64,000 nt of DNA, taken from Trueperaceae bacterium. Lineage in GTDB: Bacteria > Deinococcota > Deinococci > Deinococcales > Trueperaceae. The DNA lies in assembly GCA_965213925.1 (NCBI GenBank), contig OZ243927.1, forward strand, positions 512,001 through 576,000, given 5' to 3'. The number at the start of each line of letters is the position of its first letter. Positions within the stretch are counted from its first letter, which is position 1. This document shows positions 10,424-20,509 of the stretch, piece by piece. The position numbers and the translations under genes were made by a program. Under the pieces are notes generated by a model. It searched no databases and was not told the origin of the DNA. It saw only the letters and a program-made list of their open reading frames with translations.

Positions 10424-10921
10424 ATGGCGATATTCGACAAACTCCTCGAGTCCAACCAACACTACGCTCAAGACTTTAGTAGCGGTGAGCTGAACGCTCC
10501 GCCCAAACGCAAGGTCGCCGTCGTCACCTGCATGGACGCGCGCCTTCACCCCGAAACATTTCTAGGTTTAGAGCTGGGCGACGCCCACGTCATCCGCAAC
10601 GCGGGCGGCAGAGTCACCGACGACGCGCTCCGCTCGCTCGTGATTTCTCAGCGGATGCTCGGGACTGAAGAGGTCGTCGTCATCCAGCACACCGACTGCG
10701 GCATGATGGGCGCGTCTGATGAAGACATCGCCGCAAAGGTCAAAGAGGACCTCGGGGTGGACACGAGCATGGAGTTCTTGACCTTTACCGACCTGCGAGA
10801 GAGCGTGCGCCACGACGTGAATAGGCTCCGCAACACCTCGCTCATCCCTGACAATGTACCGATCGTCGGCGCGATTTACGACGTGAAGAGCGGCAAGGTG
10901 GAAGAGGTAACGAGAGTTTAG
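10424..10921 (+). CDS. Beta-class carbonic anhydrase (clade D)
   Basis: TCMDARL, IRNAGG, HTDCG zinc ligands. Confidence 0.95.
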   Translation: MAIFDKLLESNQHYAQDFSSGELNAPPKRKVAVVTCMDARLHPETFLGLELGDAHVIRNAGGRVTDDALRSLVISQRMLGTEEVVVIQHTDCGMMGASDEDIAAKVKEDLGVDTSMEFLTFTDLRESVRHDVNRLRNTSLIPDNVPIVGAIYDVKSGKVEEVTRV

Positions 10922-10962
10922 GGATTAAAAGTAGCGTTTGCAAGGGGTTGATATACAGCCCC

Positions 10963-11739
10963 TCAAACCACACTCATCCCTCCGTCCACCACCACGACCT
11001 GCCCCGTCATAAACGCCGACGCGTCCGAGGCTAAAAGCACCGCCACCCCTTTTAAGTCTTCGGGTCCGCCCACGCGCCCGAGAGGTGTCGCCCTTTCGAT
11101 GAGGTCCTGCCCCGCTTCTAACGTCCCTTTGGTCATCTTCGTGGGAAAGAACCCAGGCGCGACGGCGTTCACCGTAATTCCGTACTTCGCCCACTCCGCC
11201 GCGAGCGCACGGGTCAGGTTGACGAGCCCGCCTTTCGAAGCGTTGTAGGCCGCTGTGCCGACCATTTTAGGGTGATTCCCCCGCAAACCCGCCACCGACG
11301 CAATGTTGACGATGCGCCCCCTTTTACGCGGGATCATCGAGGCATTAGCGGCGGCTTGGCTGAGCGCAAAGGCGGCGGTGAGGTTGAGATTCAAGACTTT
11401 ATGCCAAGCGTCTAAAGGGTGCTCTTCGGCGGGCGCGCCCCAGGTCGTGCCTGCGTTGTTGACGAGGATGTCGATCTGTCCCCACTCGTTCATGATTTGC
11501 TGGACGAGCTTCTCAGGCGCGTCCGGTTGCGAGAGGTCAGAAGGAAGAGGTAGAACCTCCGCGCCCTGCTGCCGCAACGTTTCGGCGCTCTCCTCTAGCT
11601 GCTCGGCTTTTCGGGCGGTAAGGACGAGCTTCGCGCCCTGCTCGGCGTAAGCTTCGGCGATTTGCAAGCCTAAGCCCCTCGAGCCCCCCGTAATCAGCGC
11701 GACACGTCCGGTGAGGTCGAAAAGTTGTTGGATGCTCAT
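10963..11739 (-). CDS. SDR oxidoreductase (gluconate 5-dehydrogenase-like)
   Basis: TGGSRGLG, NNAG, YNASK, VDGG. Confidence 0.92.
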   Translation of the reverse strand: MSIQQLFDLTGRVALITGGSRGLGLQIAEAYAEQGAKLVLTARKAEQLEESAETLRQQGAEVLPLPSDLSQPDAPEKLVQQIMNEWGQIDILVNNAGTTWGAPAEEHPLDAWHKVLNLNLTAAFALSQAAANASMIPRKRGRIVNIASVAGLRGNHPKMVGTAAYNASKGGLVNLTRALAAEWAKYGITVNAVAPGFFPTKMTKGTLEAGQDLIERATPLGRVGGPEDLKGVAVLLASDASAFMTGQVVVVDGGMSVV

Positions 11740-11772
11740 AAGATTCCTTTCAGAAAAGAGCAGTGAGTTGAA

Positions 11773-11867
11773 AGCAATCCAGTCAAGCTGGTTACGCAGT
11801 CTCCGAAGGAACGAACGGTGAGCAATGAGTGAAAACTTTTAGACTCATTGCTCGATACTCATTGCTC
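11773..11867 (-). repeat. Family C mini-element (interrupted by a 19-bp insert) in attgctc heptamer hairpin
   Basis: agcaatccagtcaagctgg[ttacgcagtctccgaagga]acgaacggtgagcaatgag...ctcattgctc. Confidence 0.75.
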
Positions 11868-13946
11868 TTTTTGAAACCCCTTCTCCTCTTCCGCCAACCC
11901 CTTCAAAAGTGGCGCAGGCTCCCACAGTTTCCCGTGGACCTCATGGAAATGCTGAATATCGATGACGACCTCTTTCAGCCCGACTTGGTCCGCGTAGAAC
12001 ATCGGTCCGCCTTTATGCGCAGGAAAGCCGTAGCCGTAGACGTAGATCACGTCGATATCGCTAGAACGTTGCGCGATACCCTCTTCTAAAATCTTCGCGC
12101 CCTCGTTGACGAGTTGGTACACGAGGCGCCTCAAAATCTCCTCGTCACTGATGTCACGGCGCTCTATGCCTATCTCTTTTGAATGCTGGATGATGAGGTC
12201 TTCAATTTCGGGGTCACGGATGGGGGTGCGGCTGCCCTCCTCGTAGCGGTAAAAGCCCGCGCCTGTCTTCTGTCCTAAGCGTCCTAAATTGTGGACCTTG
12301 TCCGACACTTCGGAGTAGCGCTCGTCGGGGTCGCGCGTTTCCGCTTGCCTTTGGCGGATGCGGTAGCCTACGTCGAGCCCGGCAAGGTCACCCATCGCAA
12401 AGGGTCCCATCGCCATGCCGAAGGCTTTCATCACGTCGTCCACTCTATGCGGGAGCGCCCCCTCTTCGACCAAGAAGTTCGCCTCGCGCGTGTACTTGTG
12501 AATCATCCGGTTGCCGACGAACCCGTCGCAGACGCCCACCACTACGGGTACTTTGCGCATCTTTTTGGCGAGCGACAACGCGGTGGCGAGGGCTTCGTCG
12601 GAGGTTTCGTCGGCGCGCACGACCTCTAAAAGCTTCATGACGTTGGCAGGGCTGAAGAAGTGCGTACCGAGGACCGCGCCGGAACGAGAGGTCGCTCGGG
12701 CGATATCGTTGACGTCTAGCGTCGAGGTGTTTGTGGCGAGGACGGTATCACCCTGGGTCACGCGCTCCAACGCTCCGAACACCTCTTTTTTCACGTCCAT
12801 GTCTTCAAAGACCGCCTCGATGACCATGTCAGCGTCGCCGAGTGCGCCGTAGTCCACGACGCCTTCGATGAGGTTGAGTCTCTCGTCCATGTCCTCTTGC
12901 GACAAACGTCCCTTATCCACCGTGCGTTGGTAATTTTTCCGTACGGTGCTCATACCGCGCTCTAAGTTGTCTGAAGAGGTCTCGAGCACCTTCACCTTCA
13001 CCCCGGCGTTGGCGAAGTTCATGGCGATGCCGCCCCCCATCGTGCCCGCGCCGATGACGGCGGCTTGTTCGACCTCTTTGGGTTCGACCCCCTCAAGTCC
13101 AGGAACTTTCGCCGCTTCACGCTCGGCGAAGAAGATGTGGCGCAGCGCTTTCGATTGCTCCGAGTCTAGCGCCTCCATAAACAGCTCGCGCTCGCGCCTG
13201 AGTCCCTCGTCGAACGGCAGCGTGACGGCGGCCTGCACCGCGTCGATGCACCGCAAGGGCGCTTCTAATCCTCTCGCTTTTTTTGCCGCTCGCGTGCGCT
13301 CTCCGGTGAAAAACGGACCAAAGGGAACGGAGAGTTTAGGCTCCATCTCGCTGACCTTGCGCAACCTTGCGCCGCTTCGAACGACCTCTTCGGCGTAGGC
13401 GAGGGCTTCTTCTAAGAGGTCGCCTTGAATGACATGGTCGATGAGACCGAGTTCCCGCGCTTCCTCGGCTTTTACAGGACTGCCCGTTGAGATCATCTCG
13501 AGTGCTTTTTGCGCGTCGATGAGCCTAGGCAGCCGCTGGGTTCCGCCCGCGCCGGGCAGGAGTCCTAACTTCACCTCGGGAAACCCTAAGCGCGCGTCGG
13601 GTGCGGCGACGCGGTAGTGACACCCTAGCGCGACCTCTAAACCGCCGCCTAACGCGCTCCCGTGCATCGCCGCGACGATAGGTTTGGGCGTGCTCGCGAC
13701 GCCCGCGACGAGCTTAGGGATGTCGGGAACTTGGTTCCTAGGCAGCGTGAACGTCTTTATGTCCGCGCCCGCGATGAAGCTGCGCCCCGCGCCGATAAGC
13801 ACGAACGCCTTGACCTCTTCGTCTTGACTACCTCGCCCCAACCCTTCGATGATTCCTTCGGGCACGCCGGGGCTCAGTACGTTTACGGGTGGGTTGTCGA
13901 CGGTTAAAGCGGCAATCGGACCGTGGCGGTCATAGGCAACTTTCAC
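11859..13946 (-). CDS. Bifunctional enoyl-CoA hydratase / 3-hydroxyacyl-CoA dehydrogenase
   Basis: FIAGADI, GGGLEVALGC, PEVKLG; GAGTMGGG, EAVFED, NTSTL, HFFSPA. Confidence 0.95.
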   Translation of the reverse strand: MKVAYDRHGPIAALTVDNPPVNVLSPGVPEGIIEGLGRGSQDEEVKAFVLIGAGRSFIAGADIKTFTLPRNQVPDIPKLVAGVASTPKPIVAAMHGSALGGGLEVALGCHYRVAAPDARLGFPEVKLGLLPGAGGTQRLPRLIDAQKALEMISTGSPVKAEEARELGLIDHVIQGDLLEEALAYAEEVVRSGARLRKVSEMEPKLSVPFGPFFTGERTRAAKKARGLEAPLRCIDAVQAAVTLPFDEGLRRERELFMEALDSEQSKALRHIFFAEREAAKVPGLEGVEPKEVEQAAVIGAGTMGGGIAMNFANAGVKVKVLETSSDNLERGMSTVRKNYQRTVDKGRLSQEDMDERLNLIEGVVDYGALGDADMVIEAVFEDMDVKKEVFGALERVTQGDTVLATNTSTLDVNDIARATSRSGAVLGTHFFSPANVMKLLEVVRADETSDEALATALSLAKKMRKVPVVVGVCDGFVGNRMIHKYTREANFLVEEGALPHRVDDVMKAFGMAMGPFAMGDLAGLDVGYRIRQRQAETRDPDERYSEVSDKVHNLGRLGQKTGAGFYRYEEGSRTPIRDPEIEDLIIQHSKEIGIERRDISDEEILRRLVYQLVNEGAKILEEGIAQRSSDIDVIYVYGYGFPAHKGGPMFYADQVGLKEVVIDIQHFHEVHGKLWEPAPLLKGLAEEEKGFQKEQ

Positions 13947-13989
13947 GGGAAAACCTTCATGATGAGCATCCTCTCTCGTTTGTTACTCA

Positions 13990-14153
13990 TACCGTTTCCG
14001 GGTAATTCCCATAGGAATTACCCCGAGCGAAGAGCCTTCAGCAGCAGGTATTGACTGGTCATAGACGCGCGTCGATAACGGGATGCTACCCCCTACTGAA
14101 AGCTCCTTAGCGAGTAGAAAAAGTACGGATTCCGTAATCAATCAGAATCCGTA
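13990..14153 (+). repeat. Repeat family B (Deinococcus SRE-like TACGGATTCC...GAATCCGTA element)
   Basis: taccgtttccgggtaattcccataggaattaccccgagcg...gcgagtagaaaaagtacggattccg...gaatccgta; reverse-complement match to 56830-57051. Confidence 0.8.
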
Positions 14154-14268
14154 TCACTCGCAGTGTCTTCATTGAGTGTAGCTTACCTAGAGAGAGGTCG
14201 AAAGGTGCGCTTTGTTCTCCATCGTCCCTTCAAGGAGTCAGCCTCACACGTTTCCTAACCTTGCTGAC

Positions 14269-14501
14269 TACGCTGTCAGTAAAAAGATGAGTCATGTCCT
14301 GAGCCCTACGGCGAGCTATAGGATAGACTCCACCCTACGGCGAGCGTAGGATAGACTCCGTGGAGAGAAAGAATCTCTGACCTCCTTCTCCTTGGTGAGA
14401 GAGTGCAAGGCAAGACCCGCAGGCGGCGCGTCACTGCGTTCCCACTAGCGACTTACGTGAACGGGGTGACAACAGTGTTGCAAAACTTAGCTGACAGAGT
14501 A
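14269..14501. repeat. Nested repeat family A, copy 3, containing a ~29-bp tandem duplication
   Basis: tacgctgtcagtaaa / ttagctgacagagta outer IR; aagaatctct, agacccg, cgtgaacggggtgaca; ccctacggcgagc..taggatagactcc occurs twice. Confidence 0.75.
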
Positions 14502-14567
14502 CTTGGTACGTTCACGTTAAAGGCGGGGCCTAGCAGAACCTAAGCTCAGTGGCGATATCAGAACCCT

Positions 14568-15578
14568 TCACGCCGCCACTCTCTTAAGCCATATCTCCCG
14601 CCAATAGGGGTAGATGCTCCTCTGACAAAAGCGGTTGTAGTCGCCGCAGCAGATGACGCCCTCGAGCATGAGGCAGTCCCCTTTAATCGTCAGCATCTTG
14701 CCCGTTTTCTCGTCGATGATCTTGTCTACGCGCTTGAGAACGCGGGCGCGGCGGCCCGTATATTTGACCATCTCCGCGTCGAAAGACAGACCGCGGTTCC
14801 GGCTCTCCTGGTCGAGCGTCGCGACGATCTCGTCTAAGCTCTTGATCTCGACGACCTCGCCGGGCTGAAGGTTCAGAACGTCGCGCGGCGTCCTCTCGAG
14901 CTGCCCTTGCGTAAAGGGGTAGTGCTGCCCGCCCCGGATGAGGCGCGACTCCGGAAGCACCCTTTTACTCGCGCTCTGAAACTTGTTAAAGATGATGACG
15001 GCTAGCCCGTGCGCGAGCGAACCGAAACCGATATTTCTGGAGGTCAGGTCTCGAGCGTACTGCCTTACGTTCCACCAGCGTAGCGGCGAGGTCGCCTCCG
15101 GGAGCGCCGTCGCTTGACACATGTAGACCCGCTCGCCCGACCTTTCCTCGGACGTATGTGCAAACAGCTTTTCACGTCCAGATGAGGGTGCCGCTGACGC
15201 CGGCTGGACTTGGCTAGGACGGCGCGACCCGTCAGGCGGGATATCGGTTTCCTCCCCAGCAGTGTCTACCTCTTTGAGCCACGCCTCTTTCCAAAAAAGG
15301 AGGCATAGCGCTTGGCAGCCGCCGTGAGCTTGACCGTCACAGCGCAAGCCCTCGAGGTGGACGGTATTTAGGTTACGCACGCTCCTCAGCCGCGTCGGTT
15401 GCTCGGCGGTGGCGGTGTCGCACGTTTTATCGGCTCGCTTGTAGATGCCGAAACGCTTCCCGCAGTACTTGAGCATTTCCGGCATAAAGGGGAGCCCCTC
15501 GAGTCGCCCCTGGTCGTCGAGCGTCGCGAGGATTTCCGCCTCGCTCCGCACTTCAACAATGTCACCCGCTTTGAGCAT
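14568..15578 (-). CDS. Hypothetical Cys-rich protein with two tandem homologous (SH3-like) domains
   Basis: GDIVEVRSEAEILATLD..GLPFMPEMLKYCG and GEVVEIKSLDEIVATLD..GLSFDAEMVKYTG; both halves end C..C..W.E.WLK. Confidence 0.8.
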   Translation of the reverse strand: MLKAGDIVEVRSEAEILATLDDQGRLEGLPFMPEMLKYCGKRFGIYKRADKTCDTATAEQPTRLRSVRNLNTVHLEGLRCDGQAHGGCQALCLLFWKEAWLKEVDTAGEETDIPPDGSRRPSQVQPASAAPSSGREKLFAHTSEERSGERVYMCQATALPEATSPLRWWNVRQYARDLTSRNIGFGSLAHGLAVIIFNKFQSASKRVLPESRLIRGGQHYPFTQGQLERTPRDVLNLQPGEVVEIKSLDEIVATLDQESRNRGLSFDAEMVKYTGRRARVLKRVDKIIDEKTGKMLTIKGDCLMLEGVICCGDYNRFCQRSIYPYWREIWLKRVAA

Positions 15579-15735
15579 CAGATACCTTTCAGACCATATC
15601 TACTTTAGAGAATAAACGTTACGAATAGCGCTAAGCTTCCCGGCTGATCTCGCTAAGCTGGATTCGGCGTACGTTTCTTTAAGCTTAACGTATCTCAAGC
15701 CACTTCGGTAACGACGAGGGTGCTAAAGCTTCAGT

Positions 15736-15752
15736 ATTAAGGTTTTATCAAC
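15736..15752 (-). promoter_or_regulatory. Candidate direct-repeat box GTTGAT-N5-CTTAAT
   Basis: Variant of the motif at 22428, 26004, 35290, 37831, 60892; co-oriented with the downstream gene. Confidence 0.4.
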
Positions 15753-17316
15753 CGGACCTCGCCGACCAGGAGGACGCGCCGACGCGCGTACGCTCTACAG
15801 ATTCTATGCGGGCTCTTTTCGGAGCCGCTTTCGCGTGGAGGGCGACGGCACCTAGGTTGCTCGCGTCCGCTTCCCGCAACCGCTCCGTCGCCTCTCGCAG
15901 GGCGGGGCGCTCTACGTGTCCGAGTCCGACGACCAACAGGGTGTCGGTGCACGCCGAAGCGACCACCAGGGTATCCGCCCCGGCGAGCACTGGCGGGGCG
16001 CTGATCACAATGACGTCGTAGCGCTCTTGTAGTCCCTGCAGCGCTTGAGAGACGCCGCGCCCTATCCGCCCCGCCGCCCCGCGGTCCGCTTCGTAAGCAG
16101 GCAAGACCGCCAGACGCTTGTCCGAGCCGAGTTCTACCTCGGCGAGCAGACGGTCGCTGGGGCTCACGAGGTATTCGCTCACGCCGAGCCCGGCGTTGCT
16201 CCTAAAGTTGTAGAGGGTCGCTAGCGTCGGGTGCGCCAGGTCGAGGTCGATGAGCAGCGTTCGGTAGTCGCTGGCGGCGAAACTCTCCGCTAACTCGGCG
16301 GCTAGCCACGCCTTTGTGGTGGTGAACTCGGGGCTCGTGACGAGGAGCGTCTTGGACGCGCTGTTCGAACTAGACAGGACGCTCGCGCGGAGGAGGTCCA
16401 TAGCGGCGTATACCTCCTCTCCGCGCGCCTTTTCCAGAACGGCTAGCACGGGCAAGCCGCCCACAGCGCGGACGTCTTCTGCGGTTCGGACGCGCGTGTC
16501 GATCAGCTTGAGCAGGAGTAGACACCCCAGCACGAGGAGGAGCGCGCTGACAAATGCTAGGGCGGCGTAACGTAGCGGGCGAGGCGCGACCGGTCCTAGA
16601 GGCGGGATCGCCGGCTGAACGGTCGAGACAAGCCCGGAGGCGGAGCTTATCAGGGCGCGCGCGTAGAGAAAGTTTTGCTGCTGCTGAGCGCGCAACACCT
16701 GAAGGCTCGCCAAGTCCTCCTGGCTCAGCGGGTCGTCCGCTTGACTGAGCGAGGCGATATTCTCGTCCAAAACGCGAATCTGCTGCTCCAAGGTGCGAAC
16801 CGAGCGCTCGACGCTCCCCTGCACGCGCGCCTCGTCCCAGCTTATGAGTACGGAGGCTAAAGCGTTGGCCGTCTCCGCCGCGGTGGTGGGCGACGGGCTC
16901 GTGTAGGAGATAGAGAGCAGCGTCGCCGAGGGGAAGTCGGTGTCTCTCGTGTCCTCGGTTACGCCCATGATGACGCGCTCTCGTGTCCGCTCGAGACGTG
17001 ACTGGTCGATCTCTGCGACGCCTAGGGCGTTTAGCGCGCCGACCAGCGTCTGGTCGCTCAGCAAGATGGCGCGGTAGGCGTCCGCGCTGAGCGGCGAGGG
17101 TGGACCCGGGATGGTCTCAGCCGAGCTTGCGCCGAGCGCCTGCGTGATGAGGAGCGTCGTGGTCGCCTCGTAAGCGGGCTCGAGCCGCTGGGCGAGAAAA
17201 TAGGTCAGGACAGCGGCGAGTAGCGCGGCGGGCAGCGCGATTAAAAGCGCACGCAGCACGAAGCGCAGGGTGCTGCCGATGTCAAAATTGTCTTGCTCCA
17301 CGTCCAAGCCTCCCAC
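15748..17316 (-). CDS. Wzz/Wzc-like polysaccharide co-polymerase with degenerate tyrosine-kinase domain
   Basis: Two TM helices flanking a coiled-coil domain, PxxPxxP before TM2, C-terminal CpsD-like fold with LLIDLDL. Confidence 0.85.
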   Translation of the reverse strand: MGGLDVEQDNFDIGSTLRFVLRALLIALPAALLAAVLTYFLAQRLEPAYEATTTLLITQALGASSAETIPGPPSPLSADAYRAILLSDQTLVGALNALGVAEIDQSRLERTRERVIMGVTEDTRDTDFPSATLLSISYTSPSPTTAAETANALASVLISWDEARVQGSVERSVRTLEQQIRVLDENIASLSQADDPLSQEDLASLQVLRAQQQQNFLYARALISSASGLVSTVQPAIPPLGPVAPRPLRYAALAFVSALLLVLGCLLLLKLIDTRVRTAEDVRAVGGLPVLAVLEKARGEEVYAAMDLLRASVLSSSNSASKTLLVTSPEFTTTKAWLAAELAESFAASDYRTLLIDLDLAHPTLATLYNFRSNAGLGVSEYLVSPSDRLLAEVELGSDKRLAVLPAYEADRGAAGRIGRGVSQALQGLQERYDVIVISAPPVLAGADTLVVASACTDTLLVVGLGHVERPALREATERLREADASNLGAVALHAKAAPKRARIESVERTRVGASSWSARSG

Positions 17317-17794
17317 AGGATGATCATGACGAGCGCCGAAGACCTGTGGCTCCGCCGTTAGCGCATTCTACCACTAATCGCGTGTATCCTCTTCTTGAGG
17401 TGTTGCGGTGACCGCCCCTTAACATCATTAGTTACCGAACCTGCAACTGCACGTCAGGGGAGATACGCGCTACACTAAAAGTCGGGGAAAACGGGTCATG
17501 ACTCAGTTCGAATTGTATTTGCGCCGTGTCCGCTCTATACGGGGTGTTGCCACGAGCGAGTGTACGCCGATCACGAAGTTCCGCTGGAAAAGGTGTTAAA
17601 AGTGAAACCAGCTCGAACTGGGTAGAAGTACCCGCACGGGGTGTACCCGCCCATAATTGGCGGTGTACCAGGTTTTGTGTAAAGCGTTTTGTATAGAGGC
17701 GAAGCTCGTGAGGGAGGTTATCTAGCATCCGCATACACACAAAACGGGACACCTTCCCTAATCCCTTACATGGTTGGGCGAGAAGAGGAAAGAG

Positions 17795-18751
17795 ATGGCT
17801 AAACGAATTTTGGTAACGGGCGGCGCGGGCTTTTTAGGCAGCCACCTGTGCGAACGGCTGCTCGCAGGCGGACACGACGTCCTCTGCGCCGACAACTTCT
17901 ACACGGGTCGCAAGGAGAACATCGCGCACCTTATGAATAACCCCTACTTCGAAGTGCTGCGGCACGACGTGACCTTCCCCCTCTACGTCGAGGTGGACGA
18001 AATCTACAACCTCGCCTGCCCCGCGAGCCCGATCCACTACCAGCGCGACCCGGTCCAAACGACCAAGACCGCGGTACATGGAGCCATCAACATGTTGGGT
18101 CTCGCCAAGCGGACACACGCCAAGATTTTGCAGGCAAGCACCAGCGAGATTTACGGCGATCCCGAAATTCATCCGCAGCGCGAGAGCTACTGGGGCAACG
18201 TCAACCCGATCGGGCCCAGGTCGTGCTACGACGAGGGCAAGCGCTGCGCCGAGACCCTGTTCTTCGACTACCACCGCCAACACAGGCTAAGAATTAAGGT
18301 GGCGCGCATTTTCAACACCTACGGCCCTAGGATGCAGATGGACGACGGCAGGGTCATCAGCAACTTCGTCGTGCAGGCCCTCCGGGGGGAGCCGCTCACC
18401 ATCTTCGGCGACGGCGCGCAGACGCGCTCGTTCTGCTTCGTCACGGACCTCGTCGAAGCCCTGATGCGTCTAATGAATACCCCAGATGAGGTCATAGGAC
18501 CCATCAACCTCGGCAACCCCACCGAATTCACCATGTTAGCGCTGGCCGAAAAGGTCGTCGCGCTGACCGGCTCGGACTCGGAGATCGTCTTCCGGGCGCT
18601 GCCGCAAGACGATCCGAAGAAGCGTAGACCGGACATCAGCTTGGCCGAGGCGCAGCTCGGCTGGCGGCCGGAGGTCCAGCTCGAGCAGGGCTTGATATCG
18701 ACCATCGCTCACTTCCGGGGGCGGCTCGAGCAGCGTGCGCTTTCCGTGTAG
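17795..18751 (+). CDS. uxs: UDP-glucuronate decarboxylase (UDP-xylose synthase)
   Basis: [46 protein letters not shown]. Confidence 0.95.
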   Translation: MAKRILVTGGAGFLGSHLCERLLAGGHDVLCADNFYTGRKENIAHLMNNPYFEVLRHDVTFPLYVEVDEIYNLACPASPIHYQRDPVQTTKTAVHGAINMLGLAKRTHAKILQASTSEIYGDPEIHPQRESYWGNVNPIGPRSCYDEGKRCAETLFFDYHRQHRLRIKVARIFNTYGPRMQMDDGRVISNFVVQALRGEPLTIFGDGAQTRSFCFVTDLVEALMRLMNTPDEVIGPINLGNPTEFTMLALAEKVVALTGSDSEIVFRALPQDDPKKRRPDISLAEAQLGWRPEVQLEQGLISTIAHFRGRLEQRALSV

Positions 18752-18940
18752 AGGGCGGCCGTAACACCAGGAGCGGCTCAGGCAGAACCGTTCGCGCAAA
18801 AACTGAACGCGAGCGGCGCGACGTTTAGGGATGCGACCTGCAGCGACTCGGCCGCCTGAGTTGGACTTGAGGTCTAGGTTAGACTTGAGTCTGAGCCGCC
18901 CCACCTAACTTTTGCTTTATCTTGAGGAGACAAGAGCACC

Positions 18941-20308
18941 TTGGCGCTGAGACAATTTTTGAACTGGGCCTCGAGCCACCGCGTCTTGCGTCACCGCCTC
19001 AACAAACGGGGTTTGGTGAATTGGGGGGGGCGAGGGTTCTGGGCCGTGATGGACCAGGGGCTTTTCGCCGCGTCCAACTTCGCGCTCAATATTCTCTTAG
19101 CGCGCTGGCTCAGCCCGCAAGACTACGGCGCTTTCTCCGTCGCCTACGCGGTTTTTCTGCTCTTTAGCACCTTTCACATGTCGCTCCTAAGCGATCCGCT
19201 TTCGGTCTTCGGCCCTAGAAAGTACGAAAACCGAATAGGCAGATACCTCAACGTCCTGCTACAAGGTCACCTGATTCTTACGGCGGTCATAGGTCTCATA
19301 CTGGGTCTTATCGGGCTCGTCTCGCTAACACGTCAGGGTAATTCTCTCTCGCCCGCACTGTTCGGGGTTGCACTGGCGAGTCCTTTTATCCTCCTACAGT
19401 GGCTTATGCGCCGCGCTTGCTACGCGCTTCTCATCCCGAGAATGGCGGCTTCGGCCGGCGCACTCTATATGGGGTTTATGCTCATCGGCACTTACGTGCT
19501 GTTTCACTACGGGTGGCTCAGCGCCACAACTGCTCTAGGCGTGATCGCAGCCGCGAGCCTCGTGTCGGGCGGCTGGCTGATGGTTCGTCTTAAAGTAAGC
19601 TTCGTGAGTCGGGACAGGACACTTGCACGCACCGTGCTGAAAGACCACTGGCGCTACGGACGTTGGGTCGCAGGCACGGCGCTGTCGAACTGGATTTCCA
19701 GCAGCGTTTACTACCTCCTCTTTCCGTTTTGGGGCGGGCTCGAGGCTGCTGGCGCGTTTCGCGCCCTGACAAACCTGTTTCAGCCAGCGATACACTTCAA
19801 TACGGCACTAGGAACCGTACTCTTACCCCTCTTGGCGCACATCAAAGAGGCGCAGAGGTTCACCTCTGTCGTCCGCTACGCGCTCCTTTTGCTGCCCCTT
19901 GGCGCGGCTACTTACGGGGTCTTAGTCGCTGCTTTCGGGGAACCGCTCACCGAGTTTCTCTATGGCGGACAGTACGAAAACCTCGCCAGTGTCATGTGGC
20001 TCTTCGGCGCTATCCCCGTCGTTCTGGGAGTCGCCATCGTCGTCGCGAATGCACTCAACGCTCTGGAGCTGCCGAATAAGGTGTTCGTCGCTTACATGTA
20101 CTCTATGGCGACGTCGCTCACTTTAGGGCTGCTGCTTATGTTTTACTTGGGGACAACCGGGGCGATCCTCGGCTGGCTCGCGGCTTACGTCGTCGCCGCC
20201 GGGGTGATGCTGCGGCTTTACGCGAGGGCTGGGGACGTCCGCAATGCCGACAATACTACAAACGCCGACAACACATTTGACGAGAGAGGGAACGTGGACG
20301 TAGAGTGA
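18941..20308 (+). CDS. Wzx-like polysaccharide flippase
   Basis: About 12 TM helices, DQGLFAASNF..LARWLSPQDYGAF; EPS context; start uncertain. Confidence 0.8.
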   Translation: MALRQFLNWASSHRVLRHRLNKRGLVNWGGRGFWAVMDQGLFAASNFALNILLARWLSPQDYGAFSVAYAVFLLFSTFHMSLLSDPLSVFGPRKYENRIGRYLNVLLQGHLILTAVIGLILGLIGLVSLTRQGNSLSPALFGVALASPFILLQWLMRRACYALLIPRMAASAGALYMGFMLIGTYVLFHYGWLSATTALGVIAAASLVSGGWLMVRLKVSFVSRDRTLARTVLKDHWRYGRWVAGTALSNWISSSVYYLLFPFWGGLEAAGAFRALTNLFQPAIHFNTALGTVLLPLLAHIKEAQRFTSVVRYALLLLPLGAATYGVLVAAFGEPLTEFLYGGQYENLASVMWLFGAIPVVLGVAIVVANALNALELPNKVFVAYMYSMATSLTLGLLLMFYLGTTGAILGWLAAYVVAAGVMLRLYARAGDVRNADNTTNADNTFDERGNVDVE

Positions 20309-20509
20309 GGGGAAACGGAACGAGTATGTTATTACTTTACGCGGTACCCGCTCACCTTACGTCATCTCATCTACGGAGCCGCCCGTGAGAGTAGAACGTT
20401 GCACCGCCCCTGCAAAGTACGTCAAGTTTCGCGAAGGGACTCGCTTTGCCTTCTTTCAGAGAAAGGTTGAACGCGGGGCTTCGCATCTAGCCTGCGAGCA
20501 ATCACGGCG

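Noticed and set aside
14304..14360. Two ~29-bp direct repeats as a mini-CRISPR
   Set aside because: Adjacent with no spacer, inside a family A element, and no cas genes
17501..17622. Imperfect inverted repeat ctcagttcgaattg / cagctcgaactggg and the 106-aa ORF 17432-17752
   Set aside because: Single copy with three mismatches; the ORF has no recognisable features, so this is probably just divergent promoter DNA
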